This document shows positions 9,944 to 20,378 of a stretch of 55,464 nt of DNA, piece after piece. The notes below the pieces were generated by a model, which saw nothing but the letters and a program-made list of their open reading frames with translations, made no database searches and was not told the origin of the DNA. The stretch spans positions 1-55,464 of the IMG/VR virus record IMGVR_UViG_3300029319_008445. One strand, 5' to 3'. Position 1 is the stretch's first letter, and each line of letters starts with the position of its first letter. Made by a program: the position numbers and the translations under genes. The DNA is from a virus. Taxonomy: Duplodnaviria > Caudoviricetes.

Positions 9944-10741
9944 ATGGATATTGGAGTTGTTGGGGTCGGCGTCGTTGGAGGTGCCGTTTGTAATGGACTC
10001 AAGGAACTCGGACATAATGTAAAAGTGCATGATATCAAGCTTGGTACCACAATTGAAAACATTGTTAGCACTGAGGTGTGTTTTATATGTGTTCCAACTC
10101 CCTCGAAAGAAAATGGGGAATGTAACACAGAGATTGTTGAGAGCGTTGTTGCTGATTTAAGCGAATGCAATTATTCTGGTGTAGTGGCTATAAAATCCAC
10201 AGTAACTCCGGGTACGACAAATCGCCTATCGAAAAAGCACTCAAATTTGGAACTATGTTTTGTACCAGAGTTTTTACGGGAAAGATGTGCTACAGAAGAC
10301 TTCATTCATAATCACGACTTGTGCGTTATTGGAACTGACAAATCCAGCGTTTATGAATTACTAACAGAGGTCCATGGGCATTACCCGGAAGAGTTTGTAC
10401 AACTGCCTCCATTGGAGTCTGAATTTGTCAAGTATTTCAACAATATTTATAACGCGACATTGGTAACTTTTGCGAACAGTTTTTATGAAGTGTGTCGAGC
10501 AAATGGTGCGAACTATAGTAAGGTTAAAAACACTATTGTAAAAAGAGAGCATATCAATGATTGTTATCTGAATTGTGGTGAAGGTATGAGGGGTTTTGGT
10601 GGCCCTTGTTTGCCGAAAGACACGAGAACTATAGCTGCTATGGTTAATTCACTTGAATTAGATGTCGACTTTTTTAAGACGCTATTGCAAGAGAATTCAA
10701 AATATAAAACAACAGTATTTGAAGGTATGAGAGAAGAATAA
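9944..10741 (+). CDS. UDP-glucose/GDP-mannose 6-dehydrogenase family, short form
   Basis: GVGVVG, CVPTP, KSTVTPGT, PEFLRE, GFGGPCLPKD (catalytic Cys); no C-terminal UDP-binding domain; SD GGAGGAG before ATG 9944. Confidence 0.9.
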   Translation: MDIGVVGVGVVGGAVCNGLKELGHNVKVHDIKLGTTIENIVSTEVCFICVPTPSKENGECNTEIVESVVADLSECNYSGVVAIKSTVTPGTTNRLSKKHSNLELCFVPEFLRERCATEDFIHNHDLCVIGTDKSSVYELLTEVHGHYPEEFVQLPPLESEFVKYFNNIYNATLVTFANSFYEVCRANGANYSKVKNTIVKREHINDCYLNCGEGMRGFGGPCLPKDTRTIAAMVNSLELDVDFFKTLLQENSKYKTTVFEGMREE

Positions 10742-12369
10742 TGAAAATCGCAGGACTTTGGTCAGGGCATGATTGTTCTTTCTGTGTTCTTGAGGACGGA
10801 CGTCCAGTTGTCCACGCAGAATATGAGAGATATATCAGAGAAAAGGAACCACAGGGCGATAGTGCCCAGTTTTTTTTAGATGAGTACGACGATTCCAAAA
10901 AAATCGCACATTTTGCCACTTGTCATTCGGTAGATCGTCTAAAGAATCACGAGGCGTCTTACGAAGAGATTAAAAGCATTTGTCATGAAAATGGTGGAGA
11001 ATTACATGTCTTCGGACACCACCAATGTCACGCCGCCAATGCATTTTTTTCTAGCAATTTGAATGATGCTTTGATTGTTACAATTGATGGTGGTGGATAT
11101 GAGACGGCCGACAACTATGCCACAGCATTTACTGTGTGGAAGGGGGAGGGAAACAAAATAGAACATGTTGTCTCTTTCCCGATAAGTCAGGTTAACATCG
11201 GTGGTGTATGGACTAGATGTACCAGATATATTTTCAACCTTCAGTCCGGCTGGCCACGTGGCCATCAAGCCGGTACTGTTATGGCTATGGCTGCCATTGG
11301 AGATCCAGGTAGATATAGAGATGATTTCTATAGAATGCTGACACAAGATTTAGCTTATGCATCACACAAGCCACCAAATCAACCAAAGGGGGCGAACACA
11401 GGGGATGATCCGGAACATCCATACCTAAACAGATGGGCATTGATGTCAAAGAGGGATACAAAAGAAGTCTTCGATTTAGCTGCTGGATTGCAGGCTGCAA
11501 CGGAAGACTATTTGAAATTAATGTTTGAAAAAATCATTGAAGAAGCAGGGGATGTCAAAAATCTTTGTCTTTCTGGAGGGGTTGTGTTGAATTCTGTTGC
11601 TGTTGGGAAACTCTATAAATGGTTTCCACAAATAGAGAACATCTATGTTACTCCAACGCCCCATGACGGTGGCTTAACTATTGGCGCTGCTCAGTTTCTA
11701 TGGCATCAAATATTGGACAATCCTAGGATTGAGTGGGAAGATAATTTCACCCCCTATCTTGGATTCGAATATGATAATATAGAGGAAATTCTGGAAGAAC
11801 AACAGGGTATTTCATATAGAGAGTGTAGCGACGAAGAGGTAGTTGATTTGTTACAGAATCAAAACATTGTTGCAGTTTTTGGTGGTGGATCGGAATCTGG
11901 ACGAAGAGCTTTAGGAAATAGGAGTATTTTGGCTGACCCTAGAGATCCTGATATGAAGGATATAATCAACGAGAAAGTAAAACATAGGCAGTGGTTTCGA
12001 CCGTTTGCCCCTTCGATTCTGCGAGAAGAAGTCGGTAATTGGTTTACAAAAGATAAAAACAGCCCATACATGAGTTTTGTTTTGGACTTTAAAGATGAAG
12101 TGAAAGAAAGGGTGCCGGCAGTTGTTCATTTAAATGGAACAGCGCGACTTCAAACTGTCACGGAAAATGATAATAAATGGTATTACAATTTTATTAAGAA
12201 GTGGTATAATAGTTCTGGAGTGCCAATTGTTTTAAATACTAGCTTCAATGATAGGGAGCCGATTTGCGAAACCCCGGAGCATGCTATTAATTGTTTTCTA
12301 AATACAAACATCGATTATTTGTATTTTTATGACAAGGGTTTGCTGGTAAATAAAGGAGAAAATAAATGA
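10741..12369 (+). CDS. NodU/CmcH-family O-carbamoyltransferase
   Basis: GHD, ERYIREK, HHQCHA, IDGGG, LSGGVVLN, PHDGG, RALGNRSILADP, KHRQWFRPFAP, TARLQTV, LNTSFN. Confidence 0.95.
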   Translation: MKIAGLWSGHDCSFCVLEDGRPVVHAEYERYIREKEPQGDSAQFFLDEYDDSKKIAHFATCHSVDRLKNHEASYEEIKSICHENGGELHVFGHHQCHAANAFFSSNLNDALIVTIDGGGYETADNYATAFTVWKGEGNKIEHVVSFPISQVNIGGVWTRCTRYIFNLQSGWPRGHQAGTVMAMAAIGDPGRYRDDFYRMLTQDLAYASHKPPNQPKGANTGDDPEHPYLNRWALMSKRDTKEVFDLAAGLQAATEDYLKLMFEKIIEEAGDVKNLCLSGGVVLNSVAVGKLYKWFPQIENIYVTPTPHDGGLTIGAAQFLWHQILDNPRIEWEDNFTPYLGFEYDNIEEILEEQQGISYRECSDEEVVDLLQNQNIVAVFGGGSESGRRALGNRSILADPRDPDMKDIINEKVKHRQWFRPFAPSILREEVGNWFTKDKNSPYMSFVLDFKDEVKERVPAVVHLNGTARLQTVTENDNKWYYNFIKKWYNSSGVPIVLNTSFNDREPICETPEHAINCFLNTNIDYLYFYDKGLLVNKGENK

Positions 12370-13298
12370 AAATTACTTTTGGTGTAATCAATTATAATAG
12401 ACTCTTTTATATGAAGAGTTGCGTAGAGTCTCTAATGAGATCAATCGAAGATTATGATGGAGAAGTAGAATTTATTTGTATTGATGATAATAGTCGAGAG
12501 CCTGGAACACAAGAATACCTACAAAGCTTATCTGAACGGGGCTGGAAAGTAATCAATCAGGAAGATCATAGAACAAAAAGCAAGGCAGATATTAATCAGG
12601 TTAAAGACCTTATTGATGAATATTCAGCGGCTTTAAATATTTTTCTTGAGGAATCCTCTGGCGACCTGTTAGTACCCTTGCAAGGGGATATGCAATTTGT
12701 CAGAAAAAACTGGCTACAGGATTATGTGTCTCTGTTTACTGAAAGGGACGATGTTTTTGTTGCTGTTTTAGATGCTCAAAGAAAGGTTAGACTAAACAAT
12801 GCTTATTTTACAGATTATACTAAGCATGGTAATAATATCTTTGCTGTTAATCCTAGGAGAATTGTACCTGGCGCTGGCGACTGCTTTTATAAACGAGAGT
12901 ACCTAGAAGCCATGGGCGGCTGGCAGGTTGGAGGAAGTAACAATTCGGAAGATGCTTTTACCAATATGGCAGAAGAGATGTTCCCTGATAAGAAGGTTTA
13001 TATGCCCTGGTTCCCAGCTTCTTTGGCGATATATACAGATCCTCGTGGCACTATGGGACGAGTAAGAGGGAATACAAGATATGGTGTATACTGGGAAGCC
13101 TTGGAAGATGACTTGTATTATGAATGGGTAGATTTGAAGGACTTTGAAGTAAACACAGATAGGCCCTTATCTATAGAAGAGATGGCTGCCCCTCACGGTG
13201 ATTGGGAATTGCCTCTAGATGAAAATGGTAATTGGAAAAAGAACCCTATCAATTGGCCATATGAAACAGAGAATGTGCCAGTTGAGATAATATATTAA
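12366..13298 (+). CDS. Glycosyltransferase, GT-A (GT2-like)
   Basis: VINYNR, IDDNS, QGD, SED motifs. Confidence 0.7.
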   Translation: MKITFGVINYNRLFYMKSCVESLMRSIEDYDGEVEFICIDDNSREPGTQEYLQSLSERGWKVINQEDHRTKSKADINQVKDLIDEYSAALNIFLEESSGDLLVPLQGDMQFVRKNWLQDYVSLFTERDDVFVAVLDAQRKVRLNNAYFTDYTKHGNNIFAVNPRRIVPGAGDCFYKREYLEAMGGWQVGGSNNSEDAFTNMAEEMFPDKKVYMPWFPASLAIYTDPRGTMGRVRGNTRYGVYWEALEDDLYYEWVDLKDFEVNTDRPLSIEEMAAPHGDWELPLDENGNWKKNPINWPYETENVPVEIIY

Positions 13299-13302
13299 TA
13301 AT

Positions 13303-14421
13303 ATGAAAGTACCACAATTTATGCCCTTTGTTGGGGCAGAAGAATACGAAGCAATCAAACAATGTTTTGAAACGAATTGGATTACAGAGGGCCCTCTAGC
13401 AGAGGAGTTTAATCAGAAACTGTGTAATATGATTGGCGTAAAGTATGGGGCATATGCTCCCAATGGGACCCTGGCATTGATTCTGGGTTTGAAAGCTCTT
13501 GGTATTGGCCCTGGAGATGAAGTAATTGTGCCGGACGTTACGTTTCTTGCCTCTGCAAGTTCTGTTGAGTTTTTGGGGGCAAAGCCGGTATTTGTCGATA
13601 TATGTGACGACCTGCAAATAAATATAGAAGATTGCACCCGTGTTTTGACCGAAAAGACTAAGGCTATCATGCCTGTGCATCTTTTTGGTTTTGTTGCCAA
13701 TATGGATGCTGTAATGGATTTTGCCAAGAAGCATGATCTTAAGATCATTGAAGATTCTGCTCAAGGATTAGGTATTAAGTGGAAAGGTAAAGGTTGTGGC
13801 AGCTTCGGGGATGTTGGTTGTTTTTCGTTTTTTGCTGATAAAACACTTACAACCTGCGAAGGCGGATTTGTGACGACAGATAATGAAGAGATTTATGATG
13901 ACTTATTATTCTTAAGAAACCAGGGCCGACGAAATCGGGGTTCTTTCATACACCCTAAGATAGGGTATAATTTTAGATTAACAGATGTTCAATGTGCAAT
14001 TGGATTGGCTCAGTTAAAAAAGTTTGATTTGGTTGTCGAAAAGAAAAACATAATCCATAGAAGATATACTGAATTATTCTCTGATTTTGAACATATTGAA
14101 ATATATCAACCTGCTGAAGAAGTCAGTCCTTTTGTACCATTTAGAGTTATATTAAGGACAAAGAATGATGAGGCAGCAGAACTAATGGAGCATATGAGAA
14201 AAAACGAAGTAGAGCCGAGAATGTTTTTTTATCCGTTACACTTACAGCCGGCATTTGAAACGTGGGCAAGTGACTCTCGCTATAAAGCAAAGCATTTCCC
14301 TGTTGCTGAAAAATCTTACAAAAATGGAATTTGTTTGCCATCATTTGTGGCTATCACTGAAGAGCAAATCAACTATACTAGTGAAGTTATAAAAGACTTT
14401 TATAAAGGGAGAATTGTGTAG
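13303..14421 (+). CDS. DegT/DnrJ/EryC1/StrS PLP-dependent sugar aminotransferase (perosamine synthase-like)
   Basis: NGTLAL, GPGDEVIVP, PVHLFG, IIEDSAQ, SFFADKTLTTCEGG (Schiff-base Lys), GYNFRL. Confidence 0.92.
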   Translation: MKVPQFMPFVGAEEYEAIKQCFETNWITEGPLAEEFNQKLCNMIGVKYGAYAPNGTLALILGLKALGIGPGDEVIVPDVTFLASASSVEFLGAKPVFVDICDDLQINIEDCTRVLTEKTKAIMPVHLFGFVANMDAVMDFAKKHDLKIIEDSAQGLGIKWKGKGCGSFGDVGCFSFFADKTLTTCEGGFVTTDNEEIYDDLLFLRNQGRRNRGSFIHPKIGYNFRLTDVQCAIGLAQLKKFDLVVEKKNIIHRRYTELFSDFEHIEIYQPAEEVSPFVPFRVILRTKNDEAAELMEHMRKNEVEPRMFFYPLHLQPAFETWASDSRYKAKHFPVAEKSYKNGICLPSFVAITEEQINYTSEVIKDFYKGRIV

Positions 14422-14424
14422 AAT

Positions 14425-15777
14425 ATGAAAGACGCTGAAAAAAAGTTACAAGAAGTTTTAAATCTCGCTGCTGAGTATGTTGGCGAGGCAAAAAATAAAG
14501 AGTGGGTTGAAGGAGAAGATTGGGTTTCTTATTCGGGCCCACATTTTGATGAGAAGGAATATCTGGCAGCCCTAGAAGTACTGTTGAGTGGGTGGTTAGT
14601 TTTTGGCAAGAATTCAAGGGAGTTTGAAATAAAGTTTCCTGAATACCTAGGTAAGAAACTTGGAACCTTGACAAATTCAGGTAGTTCTGCTTTGTTATTG
14701 GCAATGTCAGCACTTAAGTCTAAGAACTTATATAATTTGCCGACAGGAGCTAAGTTTATAACACCGGTCGTCTGTTGGCCAACAACTTTAAGTTCAATGT
14801 TACAGAACGGTTTTGAACCGGTTTTTGTAGATGTAACATTGCCAGATTTAAACTTGGATCTAGATCAGATGGAACAGAAACTAAAGGAGGATCCGAGTAT
14901 TCGTGGTGTTATTTTTGCCCACGTCCTTGGCAACCCACCGAATATGGACAGGTTAATGTCCATGGTTGAAGAATATGATTTGATCTTTGTCGAAGATGCT
15001 TGTGATGCATTGGGTTCGTTCTATGATGGTAAGAAGTTAGGATCGTTCGGACATATGTCAACCTGCTCGTTCTTTCCTGCCCACCACATGACTATGGGCG
15101 AGGGTGGTTTTGTAGCAACAAACAGTGCAAAAACCAGAAAAGTAGTAACTAGCATGAGAGACTGGGGCCGAGCTTGTTATTGTAATACCGGTAAACCTGG
15201 ATGTGTAATAGATTCAACCGCTTGTGGTAATCGGTTTAGAAATTGGTTACCTGGAATGCCAGAAACAATCTATGATCATAGGTATGTTTTTGATGAGATA
15301 GGGTATAATTTAAAGCCTTTGGATTTACAGGCGGCAATGGGATTAAAACAGTTAGAAAAGGTTCCGGAAATGGATGCTGCACGCCGAGTAAATTTTGACA
15401 AGCTTAATGAAATATTCGAACCTTATGGGGAATATCTTCATTTACCAAAAGCTACCGATAAGTCTGATCCTTGTTGGTTTGCCTACCTTTTAACTGTTAG
15501 AGAAGAAGCACCTTTCTCTCGTAATGATATTGTTTCATACTTGGAGAATTCAAAGATACAAACACGTTCTTATTTTGCCGGCAATATTCTGGTGCATCCT
15601 GGGTATCACCATATGGCAGAAAAATATGGTGATATGAAAGAAACGTTCCCGGTTGCAAACTTAGCAACGACCAATTCTTTCTTTGTAGGAACTTATGTTG
15701 GAATAACGGAAGAGAAAATGAACTACGTTAAGAAGGTGGTTGATAGATTTTTTAAGGAAACGGTGGAGGAAAATTGA
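14425..15777 (+). CDS. rfbH: NDP-4-keto-6-deoxyglucose 3-dehydrase (E1/RfbH/DdhC-type)
   Basis: NSGSSA, HVLGNP, EDACDALGS, SFFPAHHMTMGEGG (His in place of Lys), RDWGRACYC...C...CG..F Fe-S cysteines, YDHRY, GYNLK. Confidence 0.9.
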   Translation: MKDAEKKLQEVLNLAAEYVGEAKNKEWVEGEDWVSYSGPHFDEKEYLAALEVLLSGWLVFGKNSREFEIKFPEYLGKKLGTLTNSGSSALLLAMSALKSKNLYNLPTGAKFITPVVCWPTTLSSMLQNGFEPVFVDVTLPDLNLDLDQMEQKLKEDPSIRGVIFAHVLGNPPNMDRLMSMVEEYDLIFVEDACDALGSFYDGKKLGSFGHMSTCSFFPAHHMTMGEGGFVATNSAKTRKVVTSMRDWGRACYCNTGKPGCVIDSTACGNRFRNWLPGMPETIYDHRYVFDEIGYNLKPLDLQAAMGLKQLEKVPEMDAARRVNFDKLNEIFEPYGEYLHLPKATDKSDPCWFAYLLTVREEAPFSRNDIVSYLENSKIQTRSYFAGNILVHPGYHHMAEKYGDMKETFPVANLATTNSFFVGTYVGITEEKMNYVKKVVDRFFKETVEEN

Positions 15778-16766
15778 AAGTTTTAATTACCGGTGGTACC
15801 GGCTTTATTGGCGCACATTTAGCAGCTTATCTGTTAAGAGAAAAGAACACAGTACATATCTGCGATAACAACATAAGAGGAAGCAAAGATGTCGTCATCG
15901 ATGACTTAATTGCTAAGGGGGTAACATACATTAAATGCGATGTGACTAACTCAGCCGAGCTTTTTAAACTGGATAAGGATTACGATATTGTCTTTCATTT
16001 AGCAGCGATCAATGGGACAGAGAACTTTTACACCATCCCATATGATATCATGAGAGTCGCTATAATGGGGACAATGAATTTGTTGGAATATTTCAGAGAG
16101 CAGAAGCTTAAATTTGTCTATTTCTCTTCTTCGGAAACTTATGCCTGCACATTTAAATTTAAAAGCGATCTAATACCAACTCCGGAGACAATCGATCTTT
16201 GTATTAGCGACATCTTTAACCCTAGGTATTCATATGGTGGCAGTAAGATAGCTGGAGAGCTTCTGGTGGCTAACTTTGCTTATCAATATGGCCCGTCCCT
16301 GGATTATAAGATTATTAGGTACAATAATATATATGGTCCAAGACAGGGCTTTAAGCATGTCATACCACAATTCATCAAGAGGGCTTATTTCAAGGAAGAT
16401 CCGTTTTTAATTTTCGGATCAAAGCAAACAAGAGCTTTTTGCTATGTAGATGATGCGATCGAAGCCACGGTTAAGTTAGCCCTGACGGACAAAAAGGGTA
16501 TTTTTAACATTGGTAATGACGGGTATGAAATGTTTATAATGGATTTAGCTGATACAGTGGTCAAGAAATTTGACTACTCTCCTAAGTTCGATATTAGAGA
16601 GGCCCCGGAAGGAAGTGTGCAGAGGAGGTGTCCAGACATCACTCTACTAAGGGATGCCATTAATTTCAACCCTCAGTATGATATTGAGGCCGGCCTAGAT
16701 AAAACAATAAGGTGGTATTCCGAATATTACTCCATTAATGGTATGCCACAATCTCAGTTCCTATAG
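15774..16766 (+). CDS. NAD-dependent sugar epimerase/dehydratase (extended SDR)
   Basis: TGGTGFIG, HLAA, SSSETY, YGGSK, NIYGP, TRAFCYVDD, RRCPDI. Confidence 0.9.
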   Translation: MKVLITGGTGFIGAHLAAYLLREKNTVHICDNNIRGSKDVVIDDLIAKGVTYIKCDVTNSAELFKLDKDYDIVFHLAAINGTENFYTIPYDIMRVAIMGTMNLLEYFREQKLKFVYFSSSETYACTFKFKSDLIPTPETIDLCISDIFNPRYSYGGSKIAGELLVANFAYQYGPSLDYKIIRYNNIYGPRQGFKHVIPQFIKRAYFKEDPFLIFGSKQTRAFCYVDDAIEATVKLALTDKKGIFNIGNDGYEMFIMDLADTVVKKFDYSPKFDIREAPEGSVQRRCPDITLLRDAINFNPQYDIEAGLDKTIRWYSEYYSINGMPQSQFL

Positions 16767-16774
16767 GTATTGAC

Positions 16775-17419
16775 ATGAGGTGTGCCCTACTTTTACCTGG
16801 CCACATGCGCCACTATAAAAAAACATTCGCAAATCAGAATGAAAACATTATAGGTCCAAATAACTGTGATGTTTTTATATCTACTTCTAATTTGGTAACA
16901 AACTGGATTAGTGATCATGATTTTGTAATAGAAGAACAAGATAGAGACGTATTAGAAAAGGAGATATATTCAGTATATGGCGATAGATTGAAAGGTTTGG
17001 TAATAAATCATGAGGAGAGTATCGACATTATACCGAGCCCAATGCAGTGGAAGAGGTTAAAAGAATGTTTTGAACAAAAAACCCTGTATGAAAAGGAGGG
17101 TGGTTTTACTTACGATGCGATTCTACGAGCGAGAACAGATTTAATCTATTCGAACCAACTTAAAATAGATAAGGCTAACTTAAAAGACAATAAAGTATCA
17201 TTGTTAAGGCATTTTGATAGAAGAATACCAGTACATGATCAGTTTGCATACGGTCATTCTGAGTCTATGGAAAAGTATTCTGATTTGATAAACGTATTTG
17301 CACCTAGAGATGTTGGAGGTCGTTCAGAAGAACAGCTTCATAGATGGCTGCTAGAAAATAATATTGATATAGATTATATTGAAAATTTTTATTTTAAGAT
17401 GGTGCGAGGCCGAAATTGA
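16775..17419 (+). CDS. Glycan-cluster protein, putative GT-A-like transferase
   Basis: ALLLPGHMR, YDAILRARTDL, DQFAYG, SEEQL pattern typical of uncharacterised polysaccharide-locus proteins. Confidence 0.55.
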   Translation: MRCALLLPGHMRHYKKTFANQNENIIGPNNCDVFISTSNLVTNWISDHDFVIEEQDRDVLEKEIYSVYGDRLKGLVINHEESIDIIPSPMQWKRLKECFEQKTLYEKEGGFTYDAILRARTDLIYSNQLKIDKANLKDNKVSLLRHFDRRIPVHDQFAYGHSESMEKYSDLINVFAPRDVGGRSEEQLHRWLLENNIDIDYIENFYFKMVRGRN

Positions 17420-18312
17420 AAGTCTTTATTTGCTATTACATAAAGGATACCCCTCACGGAGGAGCAAATCAGTTCTTAAAAGCTTTAAGGGATAAGTTTG
17501 CAGAAAGGGGTATGTATTCTGAAAACCCGGCCCATTGTGATGTAGTGTTGTTTAATAGCCATCATTATGGAAACGAACTGGCACAACTCAAGAATAGATT
17601 TAACAATAAAGTGTTCGCACACAGAGTCGATGGTCCTATGAGGCTTTATAATGATATGAGCGATCAAAGGGATTTTATTGTACACCAGCTTAACGGTATG
17701 GCTAATGCGACGATTTTTCAGAGTCAATGGTCTCAAGCAAAGAGCGTAGAACTCGGCTTTCAGTGTAAGGCTCCGACAGCTGTCATATGCAATGCACCAG
17801 ACCCAAATATTTTTAATTCGGAATATCAAAAGAAAACAAACGACAAGATAACCTTGATAGCGACGAGTTGGTCAGACAACATGAGGAAGGGATTCAGGTA
17901 TTATAAATTTTTGGATAACAATTTGGATTTTAGTAAGTATGAGTTCTTATTTGCGGGCCGCTCACCGGTGGAGTTTGAAAACATTAAGATGTTAGGCGCA
18001 CTATCCTCTAAAGAATTGGCAAAACATATCAAATCCAGTGATGTTTTTATAACTGCTAGTGAGAACGATCCTTGTTCAAATTCTTTAATCGAAGCTTTGT
18101 CCTGCGGGGTGCCCGCTATTGCCTTAGATAGTGGAGGTCATCCCGAAATTATTAAGGATGGCGGCTGCTTGTTTCAAAATTATGAGGATTTAATGAAAAT
18201 AATGGAAGAAATCCCGTATAATATTAGCAGCTATAAGAAAAACATAGAAGTTGATCACATCGACGATGTCGTTGAAAAATATACAAACTTCTTTAAACAA
18301 TTGCTACGGTAG
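17416..18312 (+). CDS. Glycosyltransferase, GT4-like (paralog of 8157..9062)
   Basis: GGANQF, HRVDGP, FQSQW, RKG, DPCSNSLIEALSCG, SGGHPEI. Confidence 0.88.
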   Translation: MKVFICYYIKDTPHGGANQFLKALRDKFAERGMYSENPAHCDVVLFNSHHYGNELAQLKNRFNNKVFAHRVDGPMRLYNDMSDQRDFIVHQLNGMANATIFQSQWSQAKSVELGFQCKAPTAVICNAPDPNIFNSEYQKKTNDKITLIATSWSDNMRKGFRYYKFLDNNLDFSKYEFLFAGRSPVEFENIKMLGALSSKELAKHIKSSDVFITASENDPCSNSLIEALSCGVPAIALDSGGHPEIIKDGGCLFQNYEDLMKIMEEIPYNISSYKKNIEVDHIDDVVEKYTNFFKQLLR

Positions 18313-18316
18313 TAAA

Positions 18317-20377
18317 ATGAAAAAGACAAATTTGATTTTCCCCATGGCTGGCGAAGCTAGTCGGTTCGGATACAGCTTCAAGCCATTCATGAAGTTGGGC
18401 GATCAGACGTTTATTGAAAAGGCAGTTGAGCCGTTTTATAAATGGAGGGAGTATATTGATAAGGTCTATTTTATCTATAGACAAGACCAGGAGGATGATT
18501 ATTCAGTCAGTGAATATTTGTTCAACAATATAGATTTTGAAAAAGATGAAATCGTTCCCATAATTATTCCTGGTAAAACCAAGGGCCCATTGGAAACAAT
18601 TTATACAGCCTTGAGGCAAGAACATATCAAGAACTCCATTGTTTGTGATTGTGATCATCAGATAAAGGTAGATAACTTGTTTGATAAGATTATCGAAACA
18701 GGGTTTGAAAGGACGGTTATTCCTGTCTGGGAAATAGATGAATCTGAAAGCAAGAACTGGTCTAAAATTATAATTGATGGTGCAAAGATCATTAACATTG
18801 TTGAGAAAGAAAAAGTAGATTTTGACAAATACAATGTTTGGGGTATTCTGGGGTGCATCTATTTTCCAAATATGGATTATTTCCTACGGACAGACGGTGT
18901 CTATGTATCTGATGTCTGTCGTAATATATTGAAAACTGAGGATAATTTAGCTTTCTCAGCTATTGATCAAGCGTTCTTTTTTGGCGATCCTGAGATGTTG
19001 GAAAACCATGTTAATCAAAGGCGCAACCAGTGTTCCTTCTTTTTTGACATTGATGGGGTTTTGCTGAAACATAACGATCACTCTTCTAATGAGTTTCGGA
19101 AAAACTTACCCTTGAAAGATAATATTAAGATTTTGAAACAACTTAAACAAAACAATCATAAAATCTTTTTGACGACTGCAAGAAGTACAAAGTATCGGGA
19201 AGGATTAGAGGGACTCTTAAAGAAAATGGATATCCCCTATGATGGTCTCATGACTGGGATGGCGTCTGGACCAAGAGTTCTGGTAAATGATAGAAAACCG
19301 TCAAAACCTTTCACCACACAGGCTAATGCGGTGGAGAGCTACAGAAATGAGCCATTAGTGTTCGATATAAAGAAGCTTTTAGAAAAGAACAGTGAAGTTG
19401 TTGAGAGTGATTTATCAGCTAATTCTGGGGCTCTCACATACCTAATGAGAAGGGGAACGGAGCGGTTCATTAGGAAAATCGTCCGGAAGAATACAGATGA
19501 GTATTTAAAACATATTGACATCTTAAAAAGGCAATATTTCGATCTACAAAGGTTAAATTCTTTCAAGCCTGGTATATGTCCAAATGTTATATCATCTACT
19601 GAGAACAATTTAGAATATTATATCGATATTGAATATCTGGAAGAATATCAGAAACTAAATGCTCATGCTCGTCCAGTCCAGGCTCAAGTGTTAAAGAGGG
19701 TTATAAGGGACCTAAGAAGGAATGTCTATTGTTATAGCAAGTCCTTAAATAAAACAGAGAGAACTGAGTTTTTCAATAATTTTATTGAAAGTAAGATTAT
19801 AACAAAGTTAAATAATTTCTCTATTCAAAATCCATTGATGAAGAGATTGATTAATGGAGATTGTGTCTATATCAATGGCAAGAAATACAGGACGTTAAAA
19901 GAAATTTTTAATAACAAGAATATAATCGATTTTGCACCAAAAGAGATAAGCCCTGTCCATGGTGATTTGACCTTGGAGAATATCTTATATAACACTGTGT
20001 TAGATGACTATAAGCTTATTGATATGGATGGTGCCAAATTAATGGACACGAGATATCTTGACTTGGGTAAATTGTCACAGTCAGTTTTATCTCACTATGA
20101 AGAGTGGAATGATTATGATTTGAAGATTAGCTTTGAAGGGGATAATTTTACTTGTGATTCTTCTTGGTTTGAGTTGAGAGCAGGAGATGAAACATTTATA
20201 AATGAGATCTGGTCGTTTAGAGAGGGTGCTATAGAGAACGCTATATTCTATATGGGGACTTATTTTATAAGATTTACACCCTTTCGCTTAAAAAAAGGAA
20301 TCAACCATGGTATATTTGCATTAATTATGGCAGTTGTGTGGTTGAATAAATTAAGCCATATAAAGGAGAAAAGTTAA
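18317..20377 (+). CDS. Triple fusion: nucleotidyltransferase + HAD phosphatase + APH/choline-kinase-like phosphotransferase
   Basis: PMAGEASRF...KP and DCD (NTP transferase); FDIDGVL, TAR, VND (HAD); HGDLTLENIL...LID (APH-like kinase); ATG 18317 avoids overlap with the upstream gene. Confidence 0.85.
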   Translation: MKKTNLIFPMAGEASRFGYSFKPFMKLGDQTFIEKAVEPFYKWREYIDKVYFIYRQDQEDDYSVSEYLFNNIDFEKDEIVPIIIPGKTKGPLETIYTALRQEHIKNSIVCDCDHQIKVDNLFDKIIETGFERTVIPVWEIDESESKNWSKIIIDGAKIINIVEKEKVDFDKYNVWGILGCIYFPNMDYFLRTDGVYVSDVCRNILKTEDNLAFSAIDQAFFFGDPEMLENHVNQRRNQCSFFFDIDGVLLKHNDHSSNEFRKNLPLKDNIKILKQLKQNNHKIFLTTARSTKYREGLEGLLKKMDIPYDGLMTGMASGPRVLVNDRKPSKPFTTQANAVESYRNEPLVFDIKKLLEKNSEVVESDLSANSGALTYLMRRGTERFIRKIVRKNTDEYLKHIDILKRQYFDLQRLNSFKPGICPNVISSTENNLEYYIDIEYLEEYQKLNAHARPVQAQVLKRVIRDLRRNVYCYSKSLNKTERTEFFNNFIESKIITKLNNFSIQNPLMKRLINGDCVYINGKKYRTLKEIFNNKNIIDFAPKEISPVHGDLTLENILYNTVLDDYKLIDMDGAKLMDTRYLDLGKLSQSVLSHYEEWNDYDLKISFEGDNFTCDSSWFELRAGDETFINEIWSFREGAIENAIFYMGTYFIRFTPFRLKKGINHGIFALIMAVVWLNKLSHIKEKS

Positions 20378-20378
20378 A

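Noticed and set aside
16770-16775. TTGACA -35 box
   Set aside because: Overlaps the start codon, with no -10 element at proper spacing
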